A stretch of DNA of 64,000 bases, from positions 20,549 through 84,548 of the forward strand of contig DATDRP010000003.1 in the NCBI GenBank assembly GCA_035291665.1, in the 5' to 3' direction. This document shows positions 28,137 through 37,678 of the stretch, in pieces. The stretch is from Patescibacteria group bacterium. GTDB taxonomy: Bacteria; Patescibacteriota; Microgenomatia; UBA8517. The notes beneath the pieces were generated by a model that worked only from the letters and a program-made list of their open reading frames with translations, was not told where the DNA came from and searched no databases. The position numbers were made by a program, and so were the translations under genes. Positions within the stretch are counted from its first letter, which is position 1. Each line of letters opens with the position of its first letter.

Positions 28137-28204
28137 TATTTATATGTAAGAAGATTCCCTGCGAAAGAGGAATCTTTGTCGAAAGTGTTCAAGAATCCTT
28201 CAAA

Positions 28205-28594
28205 TCAGCCGGATTTCGACGCCGAACCTAAATATTTTTCAACCAAATCGCCTAATTTTGCTATATCGGTTTTACTTTTAATAAGATAACCGGCGGCACC
28301 TTTTTCCATTGCAAGTTCCGCATCATTTTTCCCGGAAAGATTCGTAAGCATTACGATCGGAATTTTTGCCGTTTTGGGATTGCTTTTTAATTTATCCAAG
28401 ACTTCAATTCCGTCGGGTTCCGGCATCATAATATCAAGGAAAATAAAATCAGGATTTTCTGATTCTGCTTTTTCAAGTCCTTCTTTCCCGCCGATTGCCA
28501 GAACGGTATCATACTTTGCGAACCTGAGGGCTTTTTCATACATTCTTGCCACCAGCTCTTCATCTTCGACTAATAGTACTTTCACCATAATCAC
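28205..28594 (-). CDS. Stand-alone response-regulator receiver (REC) protein
   Basis: 129 aa. 'KVLLVEDEELV...FIFLDIMMPEPDGIEVL...IPIVMLTNLSGKND...GYLIKS'. Confidence 0.8.
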   Translation of the reverse strand: MIMVKVLLVEDEELVARMYEKALRFAKYDTVLAIGGKEGLEKAESENPDFIFLDIMMPEPDGIEVLDKLKSNPKTAKIPIVMLTNLSGKNDAELAMEKGAAGYLIKSKTDIAKLGDLVEKYLGSASKSG

Positions 28595-28654
28595 TAATTA
28601 TACACGAATTAAAATCACTAATTTACTACTAATTACATGCTAATATTAACCTGA

Positions 28655-29056
28655 ATGGCCAAATTAATCTTCCCTAAATTAAGTTATACCATAATGGGAA
28701 TCCTTTTTCAGATTCATGCAAAACTCGGGAATCAATATCAAGAAAAATACTACCAACGAGCATTAGAATCGGCCTTAAAAGAACATGATATAAAATATAA
28801 AAAAGAACTCAAATCGGACTTATTTTATAACGAAGTAAAGATAGGGAAATATTTTCTCGACTTTTTGATTGAAGATAAAATTATATTAGAGTTAAAGACT
28901 AAACCCTTTTTTACTGGTCAGGATATAAGACAGGTTTTAGCTTACTTAAAAGCCAACAATAAACGTTTAGGTATTCTGGCAAATTTTAGAACTGGAAGTC
29001 TCACATATAAAAGAATTATTAATAACCACTACACCCCATTCATAAATAATTCGTGA
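28655..29056 (+). CDS. GxxExxY family protein (PD-(D/E)XK-like fold)
   Basis: 133 aa. 'HAKLGNQYQEKYYQRALESAL...DFLIEDKIILELKT' matches the GxxExxY signature and the downstream D...E.K motif. Gene is flanked by AATTCGTGA-type repeats. Confidence 0.7.
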   Translation: MAKLIFPKLSYTIMGILFQIHAKLGNQYQEKYYQRALESALKEHDIKYKKELKSDLFYNEVKIGKYFLDFLIEDKIILELKTKPFFTGQDIRQVLAYLKANNKRLGILANFRTGSLTYKRIINNHYTPFINNS

Positions 29057-29105
29057 TTCCTATTCGTGAGCAATTCGTGATTTAGTGTATTAAATTCGTA
29101 AGTAA

Positions 29106-31457
29106 TTAGTGATCAGCCAACGGCAGTGTCAGTGTGAATGTGCTTCCTTTCCCAAGATCGCTTTCCGTAAGAACCAAATCCCCATTCATGATACGTGCAA
29201 ATTCACGGCTGATATATAATCCCAAACCCGTACCTCCGGCTTGTCTTTGTGTGATGTCATCCATAACTTGCTGGAAACGCTGGAATAAAAGATTCTGCTT
29301 GTGTTTTGCAATCCCCATTCCCGTGTCGGAAACATCCACCCGCAGCATTTTTCCATCAATTGTATTTCTGACAGTAATACCTCCTTCACCTGTAAATTTA
29401 ATTGAGTTTCCGATGAGATTAATAAGTATTTCTTTGAACAAGCCTTCATCCGCAGCAATAAATTGGTTTTTGGGATCTTCAATATTTTCCGCTTTAATAT
29501 ACAGTCCTTTATTTTTAGCCAAAGATTCCAGTTCATGAATAATCTGTTTTGTAATAAAATTGGCGTCTACTTTTTCCATTTTAAATTTAAGCCGCGCCTG
29601 ATCAAGTCGGGACACATTCAAAAAATCAGATACCAGTTTGGTAAGTCTCTCGGCAGAAGTTTGTGTATCCTGAAGAAGCTGTAAATCCACTTCGCTGAGA
29701 TGGCTTTTTCCGTATCCCGCTTGGATCGTATCAAGGTTTCCGGAAATAATTGTTAATGGTGTGCGGAGTTCGTGCGATGCAATAGAAAAAAAGTCATCTT
29801 TCTGCTGTTGAAGGCTCACTTCCTCAGTAATGTCATGAATAATTCTTACAACACCTGCAAAGGATCCTTCAACCGTGACAGGTGAAGCGTTGATGCTTGC
29901 ATCAATCAATCTTCCCGATTTGCTTTGAATTTTTAATTTGGTTTCTCTGTTTTTTGCCGTAACTGCAGCGGTGTCGCTAAGATGGGCAGGGGAAATCGGT
30001 TTACTTTCTTTATCAAATGCTTTGATCGTGTCGGAATAATCTCTTCCGATAAATTCATCCGACTTGTACCCAAATGTATTCTCAAATGAAGGGTTGACAT
30101 AAGTTACCATCCCTTTACTGTCGGTTAATATTACCGCTTCTCCGGTATTTTCAAGGATGGCCTGGCTTTTTACCTGCTCTTCTTTGAGGGCATGAGAACC
30201 GGATCGAAGTTTTGCCTGAATTATGATTTCTGCTTCCTTTTCCTCTGAAGCATCACGGAATATTTTGATAGCGCCTTTTACCTCGCCATCGATGATAAGC
30301 GGTGTTGTCATTGAAACTATCGGGAATTTCCTGCCCGAGGATTCGACATAGTAATAATGATTGGCATCAAGATCGGTAATAATCGTTACCGCTTTTTTAA
30401 GTACCTGTACCGAAACTCTTTTTTCTAAAGGAATTTCCACTGTTCCTTCATATGCTTTTGCAAGTTCGCTCCATGATTTTCCGATAATTTCGCCTTCGGT
30501 AAGACCTAGTATTTTCGAGGCTGCTGGATTTACTAGATTTACTTTATAATCGGGCCCTATTACCAAAAGTCCTTCACCCATTGAGGAAATTATCAAATTT
30601 ATTCTATCCCTTTCCTCTTTCAGATTTTGTTCAAGGTTTTTTTCATCTTCAAGAACTTTCAGTAGCGTATCCCGTCTCTCCTCCAACTCCTTTTTTGCGT
30701 TTTCAAGCTCCTCTTTTTGTCTTACCAGTTCATGCATTACATTTTTCTGATCAGTAATATCTCTTTGAATCGCAAGAAAGCCTATCAGTTCACCTTTTTC
30801 ATTTGCGATCGGATTGACTGAATTGCTGATGATAATTAAAGTTCCGTCTTTCTTTTTATTAATCATCTCTATATTGACGGGCTTTTTTGATGTAATAGTG
30901 TCCCAAAACCGGGCATAAAATTCAGATGTTTGTTTTCCGGATTTTAATAGTCTGGGGGTTTTTCCTTTCCACTCATCTTGTGTATACCCATAAGTGTTGG
31001 TAAATGACGGATTAACATACTGTAAAATTCCATTTTCATCGGTGATAAAAATAACATCATTGGAGCGTTCAATCCCAAGATGGAGGGCTAACGTATGTTC
31101 CTTCAACTGGATTATCTTTTTTGTTGAATCAGTAAAATAACCAATAACGTAGGAAACCAGAATCATTCCTATTCCGCCGACGATTGGCTGATAATAGATG
31201 TCATTAAACGTTGCTCCGGAAGTAAGATAGACAAAGATAAAGTTAATAACAAAAGCGAGAGATCCGCTAACAACACCTGTTTTCATTCCAAAGACAGCGG
31301 GAAATGTCAGTATGGGTACAGCAATAGCAGCCTGAGCAATATTTCCGACAATAGGAAGTCCGATAACAAGGCCTGCAATATAAAATATTACCGAAGATCC
31401 GGCAATCAGAACTTTCCGCAAGTTTTTATTATTAAGAGTTTGGGCAGGTTCGGGCAT
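29106..31457 (-). CDS. Multi-PAS sensor histidine kinase with N-terminal membrane domain
   Basis: 783 aa. N-terminal TM helices. At least two PAS-like modules (NDVIFITDENGILQYVNPSFTNTYGYTQDEW; GEAVILTDSKGMVTYVNPSFENTFGYKSDEF). Coiled-coil, H-box 'FFSIASHELRTPLTIISGN', HATPase_c 'VSDTGMGIAKHKQNLLFQRFQQV...GTGLGLYISREFARIMNG'. Confidence 0.8.
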   Translation of the reverse strand: MPEPAQTLNNKNLRKVLIAGSSVIFYIAGLVIGLPIVGNIAQAAIAVPILTFPAVFGMKTGVVSGSLAFVINFIFVYLTSGATFNDIYYQPIVGGIGMILVSYVIGYFTDSTKKIIQLKEHTLALHLGIERSNDVIFITDENGILQYVNPSFTNTYGYTQDEWKGKTPRLLKSGKQTSEFYARFWDTITSKKPVNIEMINKKKDGTLIIISNSVNPIANEKGELIGFLAIQRDITDQKNVMHELVRQKEELENAKKELEERRDTLLKVLEDEKNLEQNLKEERDRINLIISSMGEGLLVIGPDYKVNLVNPAASKILGLTEGEIIGKSWSELAKAYEGTVEIPLEKRVSVQVLKKAVTIITDLDANHYYYVESSGRKFPIVSMTTPLIIDGEVKGAIKIFRDASEEKEAEIIIQAKLRSGSHALKEEQVKSQAILENTGEAVILTDSKGMVTYVNPSFENTFGYKSDEFIGRDYSDTIKAFDKESKPISPAHLSDTAAVTAKNRETKLKIQSKSGRLIDASINASPVTVEGSFAGVVRIIHDITEEVSLQQQKDDFFSIASHELRTPLTIISGNLDTIQAGYGKSHLSEVDLQLLQDTQTSAERLTKLVSDFLNVSRLDQARLKFKMEKVDANFITKQIIHELESLAKNKGLYIKAENIEDPKNQFIAADEGLFKEILINLIGNSIKFTGEGGITVRNTIDGKMLRVDVSDTGMGIAKHKQNLLFQRFQQVMDDITQRQAGGTGLGLYISREFARIMNGDLVLTESDLGKGSTFTLTLPLADH

Positions 31458-31571
31458 ACATTCATATTAACAAACAATACCTCACTAATTAATTGCTAAT
31501 TCCAATTGGAGATTAATTCGTGTTTCTAATTTGTGAGTAATTAGTGATCAAAATTCGCTTGCAATTCGTGA

Positions 31572-33821
31572 TTAAATTTCTTCCATAATTCCCTTAATCT
31601 CTTCCTCATTCAAAACCCCCGTTACAACTTTGACTACACTTCCCCGGCGGTCCAAAAACAAGTGGGTCGGGAGTGAGTTGATATTCAATTCTTCCATTAG
31701 CTCACCATCTGCATCGACGACAATATCGTATTCATATTGCCCGCGGCGAGAAAAAATTAAAACTCTGGATAGAGTTTCCTGACTTGCGATAACTGCACCT
31801 TTTATTGTCCGGTCCTTTAGTAACCTATCCAATACTGACACCTGTTCAATAGCCAGCGGGTTCCAGCTTCCGATAAAGCTAATTACCGCATTGTCTCCTC
31901 TTAAATCCCTGATATCGAATACTTTGTCGTTTATTGTGGGAAGATTAAAATTATCAAGAATTTTCCCCATCAGAGGATTTGAAATATTACCAATCTCAGC
32001 TTGTTTTATCCTGATAAGAGCTTTTTCGGTTAAATATTTTACAAAACCGAACCTGAAAAAACCGAAATTCAACCCGCTTGCTTTGGAAAGTTCAAAATCG
32101 GAATTCAAGACCGTTGATCTTTCTAAAGAAAATATTTGGCTCGTCAGAATGTCATAGCCTGATGCTTTGACTGTTAAATAATATGTTCCGGGCGGAAGTA
32201 AATATTGGTAAACACCATCTTTTATGTCTTGCGGATTGTCCTGTCCGAAAGTCTTCCCATCCCAAACATTCCAGATTTTTGTTAACGGATCCTGGACATA
32301 GACCGTAACTTTTCCTTTTGAAATAGATTTACCTGATTCCTTATCGCTTATTTCACCGGGTCCGACAACCAAAATTTTGTTTAATGTTTTTGTTGTAATG
32401 TTACCTGCTCCATCAACAGCTTTTGCCGAAAGATCATACAATCCGACTTCAGGAAAATTAATAAATCCCGACCATAGCCCCGTATCAACCGATTGATCGA
32501 GTGGAAATGTCAGATCACCTGCATAAAGCGTCACTTCGGATGGACCGCCAACGGTAGAAAGGGTTACCTTGTGGTCAATTCCCGTCATCGTGATAATCAC
32601 ACCTTCTTCGTTCGGGATAAGGGGTTGCGGGCCTACCGATATCAAATTTCCCCCAACTCGCGGAGGAAGCCTGTCGATGACAAGAATTATTGTCTCAGAT
32701 TTTCCTGTATTTCCCCGTTCATCAAGAGCTCTTACAATAACCTCGTAATTTCCATCTTCAAAAACATAAGGCAGGAAATCAAAAGTTACTTCATCGGTCC
32801 CCAAGTTTTCAGTATTATCGGCTGGCAGCCAATTCTCCCCTCCGTCTGTTGAATATGAAACGCTTGCGACTTCTTCATTATCGGTTGCCGTTCCTTCAAT
32901 AACCGGAGGTTCGGTGTAACTTGATTCAATATCGGTCGTCAGGCTCACCCGGGGAGCAGTTCTATCAACCGGAATTGGCGTGGGGGTTGGAGTTGACGTA
33001 GTTGTAGTAGTGGTAGGAGTTGGGGTTGAAGTTGCTGTTGCGGACGTCGGAGCAGCAGTCGCTCCGGTTGCAGAAGTTGAAAACGTATATTCACTTGAAC
33101 AACCTTGATTACCAGAACCATCAGTCGAACACACGCGGTAATAATAAGGCGTACCGGCCGCTAAAGACTGGGTAATTGTTAAGGAATGAGAAGTAACCAT
33201 TTGTGAACCACTTGCCGAAAAAGGATATATTTGCTCCTCCGCATTAACGTCATACTGAACTACAGAACTTGCTGATTCATTAGTCGTCCAAGTAATAGTT
33301 GCGGAACCTGTTGTGATTGAACTCGCGGTGACATTTGTAATTGTTGGTGCTGTAACATCATTTTGGCCAGTGACCGTAAAAATCAAACTTCCAGTACAAC
33401 TTACCGGATTTGCTCCACCGCTATCATCGGAAACCTGAACAACCCAATCGCTGGAAGCACCTTCGATATCTCCAATGCTTAATGTTATAGTGGGGCTAAT
33501 CGAGGCTCCGGGAGCTAAGGAGGTCGATGCATAGCGAAACGTATATGAATCATTTGCTACATCTACATACCAGGAAGGATATATAGAATAACCTTGAAGA
33601 GTGGTTTCATTATGTGGCTTATATAATCTAATCCACAACACATTTGCAGACGGATCGCCATTTGTAACCGTGAATATATATGGAGACTGTACATTTGGTT
33701 GGTTATCTGTAGGTGTTGCGGTTGCAATACAAGATTCGATAGCTGCCTTTACGTTCACAGGAAAAATAATTTTAGCCAAAAAAACAAGGAATAATATAAC
33801 TAATAAAATAAATTTTCTCAC
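31572..33821 (-). CDS. Secreted FN3/Ig-like repeat surface protein with P/T-rich linker and C-terminal thioredoxin-like (TlpA/redoxin-like) fold lacking CxxC
   Basis: Signal peptide. 'TAPTITNVTASSITTGSATITWTTNESASSVVQYDV' is FN3-like. A (T/P)n linker. The C-terminal 'VFDIRDLRGDNAVISFIGSWNPLAIEQ...PTHLFLDRRGSVVKVVTGVLNEEEI' aligns to TlpA/ResA-type redoxins, but WCxxC is replaced by WNPLA. Confidence 0.5.
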   Translation of the reverse strand: MRKFILLVILFLVFLAKIIFPVNVKAAIESCIATATPTDNQPNVQSPYIFTVTNGDPSANVLWIRLYKPHNETTLQGYSIYPSWYVDVANDSYTFRYASTSLAPGASISPTITLSIGDIEGASSDWVVQVSDDSGGANPVSCTGSLIFTVTGQNDVTAPTITNVTASSITTGSATITWTTNESASSVVQYDVNAEEQIYPFSASGSQMVTSHSLTITQSLAAGTPYYYRVCSTDGSGNQGCSSEYTFSTSATGATAAPTSATATSTPTPTTTTTTSTPTPTPIPVDRTAPRVSLTTDIESSYTEPPVIEGTATDNEEVASVSYSTDGGENWLPADNTENLGTDEVTFDFLPYVFEDGNYEVIVRALDERGNTGKSETIILVIDRLPPRVGGNLISVGPQPLIPNEEGVIITMTGIDHKVTLSTVGGPSEVTLYAGDLTFPLDQSVDTGLWSGFINFPEVGLYDLSAKAVDGAGNITTKTLNKILVVGPGEISDKESGKSISKGKVTVYVQDPLTKIWNVWDGKTFGQDNPQDIKDGVYQYLLPPGTYYLTVKASGYDILTSQIFSLERSTVLNSDFELSKASGLNFGFFRFGFVKYLTEKALIRIKQAEIGNISNPLMGKILDNFNLPTINDKVFDIRDLRGDNAVISFIGSWNPLAIEQVSVLDRLLKDRTIKGAVIASQETLSRVLIFSRRGQYEYDIVVDADGELMEELNINSLPTHLFLDRRGSVVKVVTGVLNEEEIKGIMEEI

Positions 33822-33910
33822 GGCAGGTTCCTTTTTTAGAATAACACTTCACTCGATTAATATAAATTGTGCAATTTATAATGATGAAGTTTAAAATATA
33901 AATAAAATAA

Positions 33911-36043
33911 TTGATGCTTAGTAAAATGATTCAAGACGAAATTCCAAACCTTATAAAAACTGCAATTGACTATGGAAAGAAAGGAGATCTTAAAAAATCA
34001 ATAAACTACTTCTTAAAAGCTGAAAAGTTATTACCGAATAATCCCTTAATCACCTACAATCTTGGCCATGCTTATCATGTCAGTAAAAAACCTCTCCAGG
34101 CAATAAAATATTTCAAAATAACACTCCATCAATTTCCCAACGATCTTGAATCCATGATTAGCATAGGGAGCTGCTATCAGGAATTAGAAGATTATAGCCA
34201 GGCTGAAAAATATTATAATCATATTCTCAAATATTCGCCCCAACATCCAGAAACACTCGCCAACCTCGGTTCGCTTTGCCTTGAAATGAACAGACCAAAA
34301 ATTGCAATTCGACTGCTTAAAAAAGCTCTCAAATACAATCCGAACTTATCTAAGGCTTACTATAATCTTGCCAACACTTACTATAAAACCGGGCAAAGAC
34401 ATAAAGCTTTAAAACTTTTAAACAAAGCTATTTCTATCGATCCCAAATATTCCCAGGCATACAATCTGCAAGGGCAAATCTATTACGAGTTCGAGAAACC
34501 GGAAGAGGCAATAAAATCACTCGGTGAGGCGATTAAAAATACACCTAACGAAGCCTACTGTTATCTCAATTTAGCAAATATTTTGAAAAACACCAAATAC
34601 AGGAAAAAAGCGATCACACTTTACCAAAAAGCAATAAAGATCATGCCCCGCTTCAGTAAAACTTATCCGCATCTTTATATGCAGTACAGGCAAATATGCG
34701 CATGGAGCAAACTACCTAAGCTTGAAAAAAGAATTAACCATGATAACGTCAAACCTTTCAAAAGATTATTTGTTCCTACTGAAACACCATTCGGTGACTT
34801 ATTCAGAATCGCAGATCCTGCCCAGAACCTTAATATAGCCCGCAGATGGAGCGAGGCAATTGATAGAAGCATGAAGATATTCAATATGAAGTTTAATTTT
34901 ATACCTGCAAAAAAGGATCGCATTAATGTTGGCTACATTTCAGCTGATTTCCAATTTCATCCCGTAAATGTAATCATGTCTCCCTTCTATAAAGAACATG
35001 ATAGAAAGAAATTTGAAATATTTGCTTATTGCTATGGGCCAAAGTCCAGCGATGCATACCGTAAAACTGTCGAGGACGGTGTGGATCACTTTAAAATGAT
35101 TCGAAAAAATCATTTCTCAAAAGCGGCAAGAATTATTTACGAAGACAAAATTGACATATTGGTTGACCTGATGGGATATACGCAAAATTCCATCGTCGAA
35201 ATTTCTGCACTGAGACCCGCACCGATCCAGATATCCTATTTAGGTTTCCCAGGATCGATGGGTGCCTCTTTTATAGATTATATAATTGCGGATAAGATTC
35301 TTATCCCGGAAAATGAACAAAAATTCTACACTGAAAAAATTATTTATATGCCCCGCTGTTATCAAATTAACCATCCTTATTTAGTATCCAACAAAGGTTT
35401 CAAAAGAAGCGATGTCGGTCTTCCTGAAAATAAATTCATCTTCTCCAGTTTCAATCGGCCGGAAAAAATTGAACCGGTGATCTTTGCGTCATGGATGAAC
35501 ATTTTGAAAAAAGTGGAGAAAAGTATATTGCTTCTTTGGGTGCAGCCGGAGATCAAGGATGCAAGAAACAACCTTCTTTACTATACTCAAAAACACGGCG
35601 TTGACGTCAGACGGATATATTTTGCGGACCAGCTTCCACTTCCCGAACATCTGGAAAGAATGGGGTTAACTGATCTTTCGTTAGATCCCATGATTTATTC
35701 CGGAGGACACACAACAAGCCTATGTTCATGGGCAGGACTTCCGGTTATTACTATCAAAGGAACGCACTACCTTTCAAGAATGAGCGACAGTATTCTCAAA
35801 GCAATGGACATGGATGAACTGGTTTGCGATAACTTAACTGAATATGAAAAGCTTGCTGTCAAATTGGCAAACGACAAGGAATCTTTATGGGTTATTAAAA
35901 GAAAACTTCTGAAAAAAAGAACTGAATCGGATTTTTTCCATACAGAAAAAAATATAAGATACCTCGAACAAGCTTATTTGAATACTTTTGAGATTTATCA
36001 AAAAGGTGGGAAACCTAGACATATAAATGTCTCCAAACTTTAG
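33911..36043 (+). CDS. TPR-repeat protein with C-terminal GT41 (O-GlcNAc transferase-like) glycosyltransferase domain
   Basis: N-terminal TPRs (AYYNLANTYYKTGQRHKALKLLNKAISIDP...). The C-terminal 'INVGYISADFQFHPVNVIMSPFYKEHDRKKFEIFAYCYG' parallels the OGT catalytic-domain start (R-h-GYVSSDFxxHPxSHLMxSI...FEVF). Confidence 0.6.
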   Translation: MMLSKMIQDEIPNLIKTAIDYGKKGDLKKSINYFLKAEKLLPNNPLITYNLGHAYHVSKKPLQAIKYFKITLHQFPNDLESMISIGSCYQELEDYSQAEKYYNHILKYSPQHPETLANLGSLCLEMNRPKIAIRLLKKALKYNPNLSKAYYNLANTYYKTGQRHKALKLLNKAISIDPKYSQAYNLQGQIYYEFEKPEEAIKSLGEAIKNTPNEAYCYLNLANILKNTKYRKKAITLYQKAIKIMPRFSKTYPHLYMQYRQICAWSKLPKLEKRINHDNVKPFKRLFVPTETPFGDLFRIADPAQNLNIARRWSEAIDRSMKIFNMKFNFIPAKKDRINVGYISADFQFHPVNVIMSPFYKEHDRKKFEIFAYCYGPKSSDAYRKTVEDGVDHFKMIRKNHFSKAARIIYEDKIDILVDLMGYTQNSIVEISALRPAPIQISYLGFPGSMGASFIDYIIADKILIPENEQKFYTEKIIYMPRCYQINHPYLVSNKGFKRSDVGLPENKFIFSSFNRPEKIEPVIFASWMNILKKVEKSILLLWVQPEIKDARNNLLYYTQKHGVDVRRIYFADQLPLPEHLERMGLTDLSLDPMIYSGGHTTSLCSWAGLPVITIKGTHYLSRMSDSILKAMDMDELVCDNLTEYEKLAVKLANDKESLWVIKRKLLKKRTESDFFHTEKNIRYLEQAYLNTFEIYQKGGKPRHINVSKL

Positions 36044-36066
36044 AATTTTGATCTGCAACCAATAAA

Positions 36067-37620
36067 TTAGGAAGACAATTGATTGATTATTACTTGCGCT
36101 TTTTGGACAAGTGCATCCGCTTGTTCGTTAGTAATTTTATTTCCGCTCTGCGCCTCAACTGCATTGATAAACGCCTGAAGTGAATTGATCGCCGCCTGAT
36201 CATTGTTTTCATTTACATCGCCAAGAGCACTTTGGGCTGTTTCAAGTTTTTGGTCTAAGCTATTCAGTATCCCGTTCTGGAAATTATACGAAATAACCAG
36301 ATCAACAAGGCTTTCTATTTGTTCAGTCGGTGATGGAACTTGGAAAAATGGATATACTCCCATATCGGCTCTTGTACCATCGGGGTCAAGGGGGCTATTT
36401 GGATCCCCTGAATCAATCGAAGGAGAAGAGCTTGTTAAATGATAATCTCCGTTTAATAAATCTACAAAAAGAGGATCTATGTCTAAAATTCCCACACTAT
36501 TTGTATCTGGCCAACCCCCTTGGATCAGACTATAATTTATATTTGCAAGAGTATACGATCCACCTCCAAATTCTGGTAGAGTAATAGGACTGTTAGAAAA
36601 TCCCGTATTCCCCCAAACGATTGAATTTGAAATATTAATCCAACCGCCCCAGTCTCTGTAATTCCTTATCTGTACAACAGTCTCATCTGATAATACCTCA
36701 CTTGTATTTCCAACAATCGTTGTATTACTTATTTCTAAAATCGAGTCATTACCATAATAGATAATACTTCCTCCCGTCTGGTGATTATTAGAAAATTCAC
36801 TATTGTTGATTACAAGCCATCCACCTTGCCAATCCGTAAATGAAAAATCATAATTGTCCCTTACTATAGTATTATTAAACGTTAGTGGAGGGTTTAAATC
36901 TCCACCAATACCACTATTCCCTATGACAGTTACATTGAAGTTATTATTATTTTCGATTAAAACATCATTAAGAGTTGCTCCCGCGCCAGCAACACTCATA
37001 CCACCATTATTGTTCATAAACCTAGAATTCGTAAAGGTAACGAATCCACTTTGCCCCCACTGACTACCTTCAATTTGAATGATACTATTCCCTGCATTAG
37101 TCTCATCTTCGTAATTGCTAATTTCAATATTATCGACTAAAGAATTTGGGGAACTTATAAAACAAACTGCTCTTCCCTCTTGGGCGATGTTATTATTAAT
37201 TATCAAGTCCTGTAATGTAATCGAGGAATCTCTAACATATACACCTCCACCACATCTTGGATTTCCACTCGAAATGATAGTACCCGAACCCCCGATGACC
37301 GTAAATCCCTGAAGTTTTGCTAAATTAGATTCACCAGTTACTGCACTTACAACAGATGAATTAATTCCTGTACCATCAATTGTAGTAAAAGCAGCTCCAT
37401 TTCCTTGTACAACAATGTCCTTTCCCTCAAAATTAATAACCTCGTTGTATGTTCCTGCAGCTACATTTACAACATCCCCTGTTTGAGCAATATCAATTGC
37501 AGATTGTATTGTTGAGTACTGTGAAGGAACTTCAAGTTGAGATGCAAATACTTTACCGGGAAATAAAATAAAAAATGGAGTTAAAACAGATACCAAAACC
37601 AATTTTAGATTATTCTTCAT
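36067..37620 (-). CDS. Secreted right-handed parallel beta-helix repeat protein
   Basis: Signal peptide. 'IQSAIDIAQTGDVVNVAAGTYNEVINFEGKDIVVQGNG...TIDGTG' is the typical beta-helix N-cap. Repetitive N/G/S-rich turns. C-terminal helical tail. Confidence 0.5.
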   Translation of the reverse strand: MKNNLKLVLVSVLTPFFILFPGKVFASQLEVPSQYSTIQSAIDIAQTGDVVNVAAGTYNEVINFEGKDIVVQGNGAAFTTIDGTGINSSVVSAVTGESNLAKLQGFTVIGGSGTIISSGNPRCGGGVYVRDSSITLQDLIINNNIAQEGRAVCFISSPNSLVDNIEISNYEDETNAGNSIIQIEGSQWGQSGFVTFTNSRFMNNNGGMSVAGAGATLNDVLIENNNNFNVTVIGNSGIGGDLNPPLTFNNTIVRDNYDFSFTDWQGGWLVINNSEFSNNHQTGGSIIYYGNDSILEISNTTIVGNTSEVLSDETVVQIRNYRDWGGWINISNSIVWGNTGFSNSPITLPEFGGGSYTLANINYSLIQGGWPDTNSVGILDIDPLFVDLLNGDYHLTSSSPSIDSGDPNSPLDPDGTRADMGVYPFFQVPSPTEQIESLVDLVISYNFQNGILNSLDQKLETAQSALGDVNENNDQAAINSLQAFINAVEAQSGNKITNEQADALVQKAQVIINQLSS

Positions 37621-37678
37621 TCAGTTAGCCCATTCTAACACATATTGTCAAACAATCGGTTTTTTTGTAAATTGAAGT

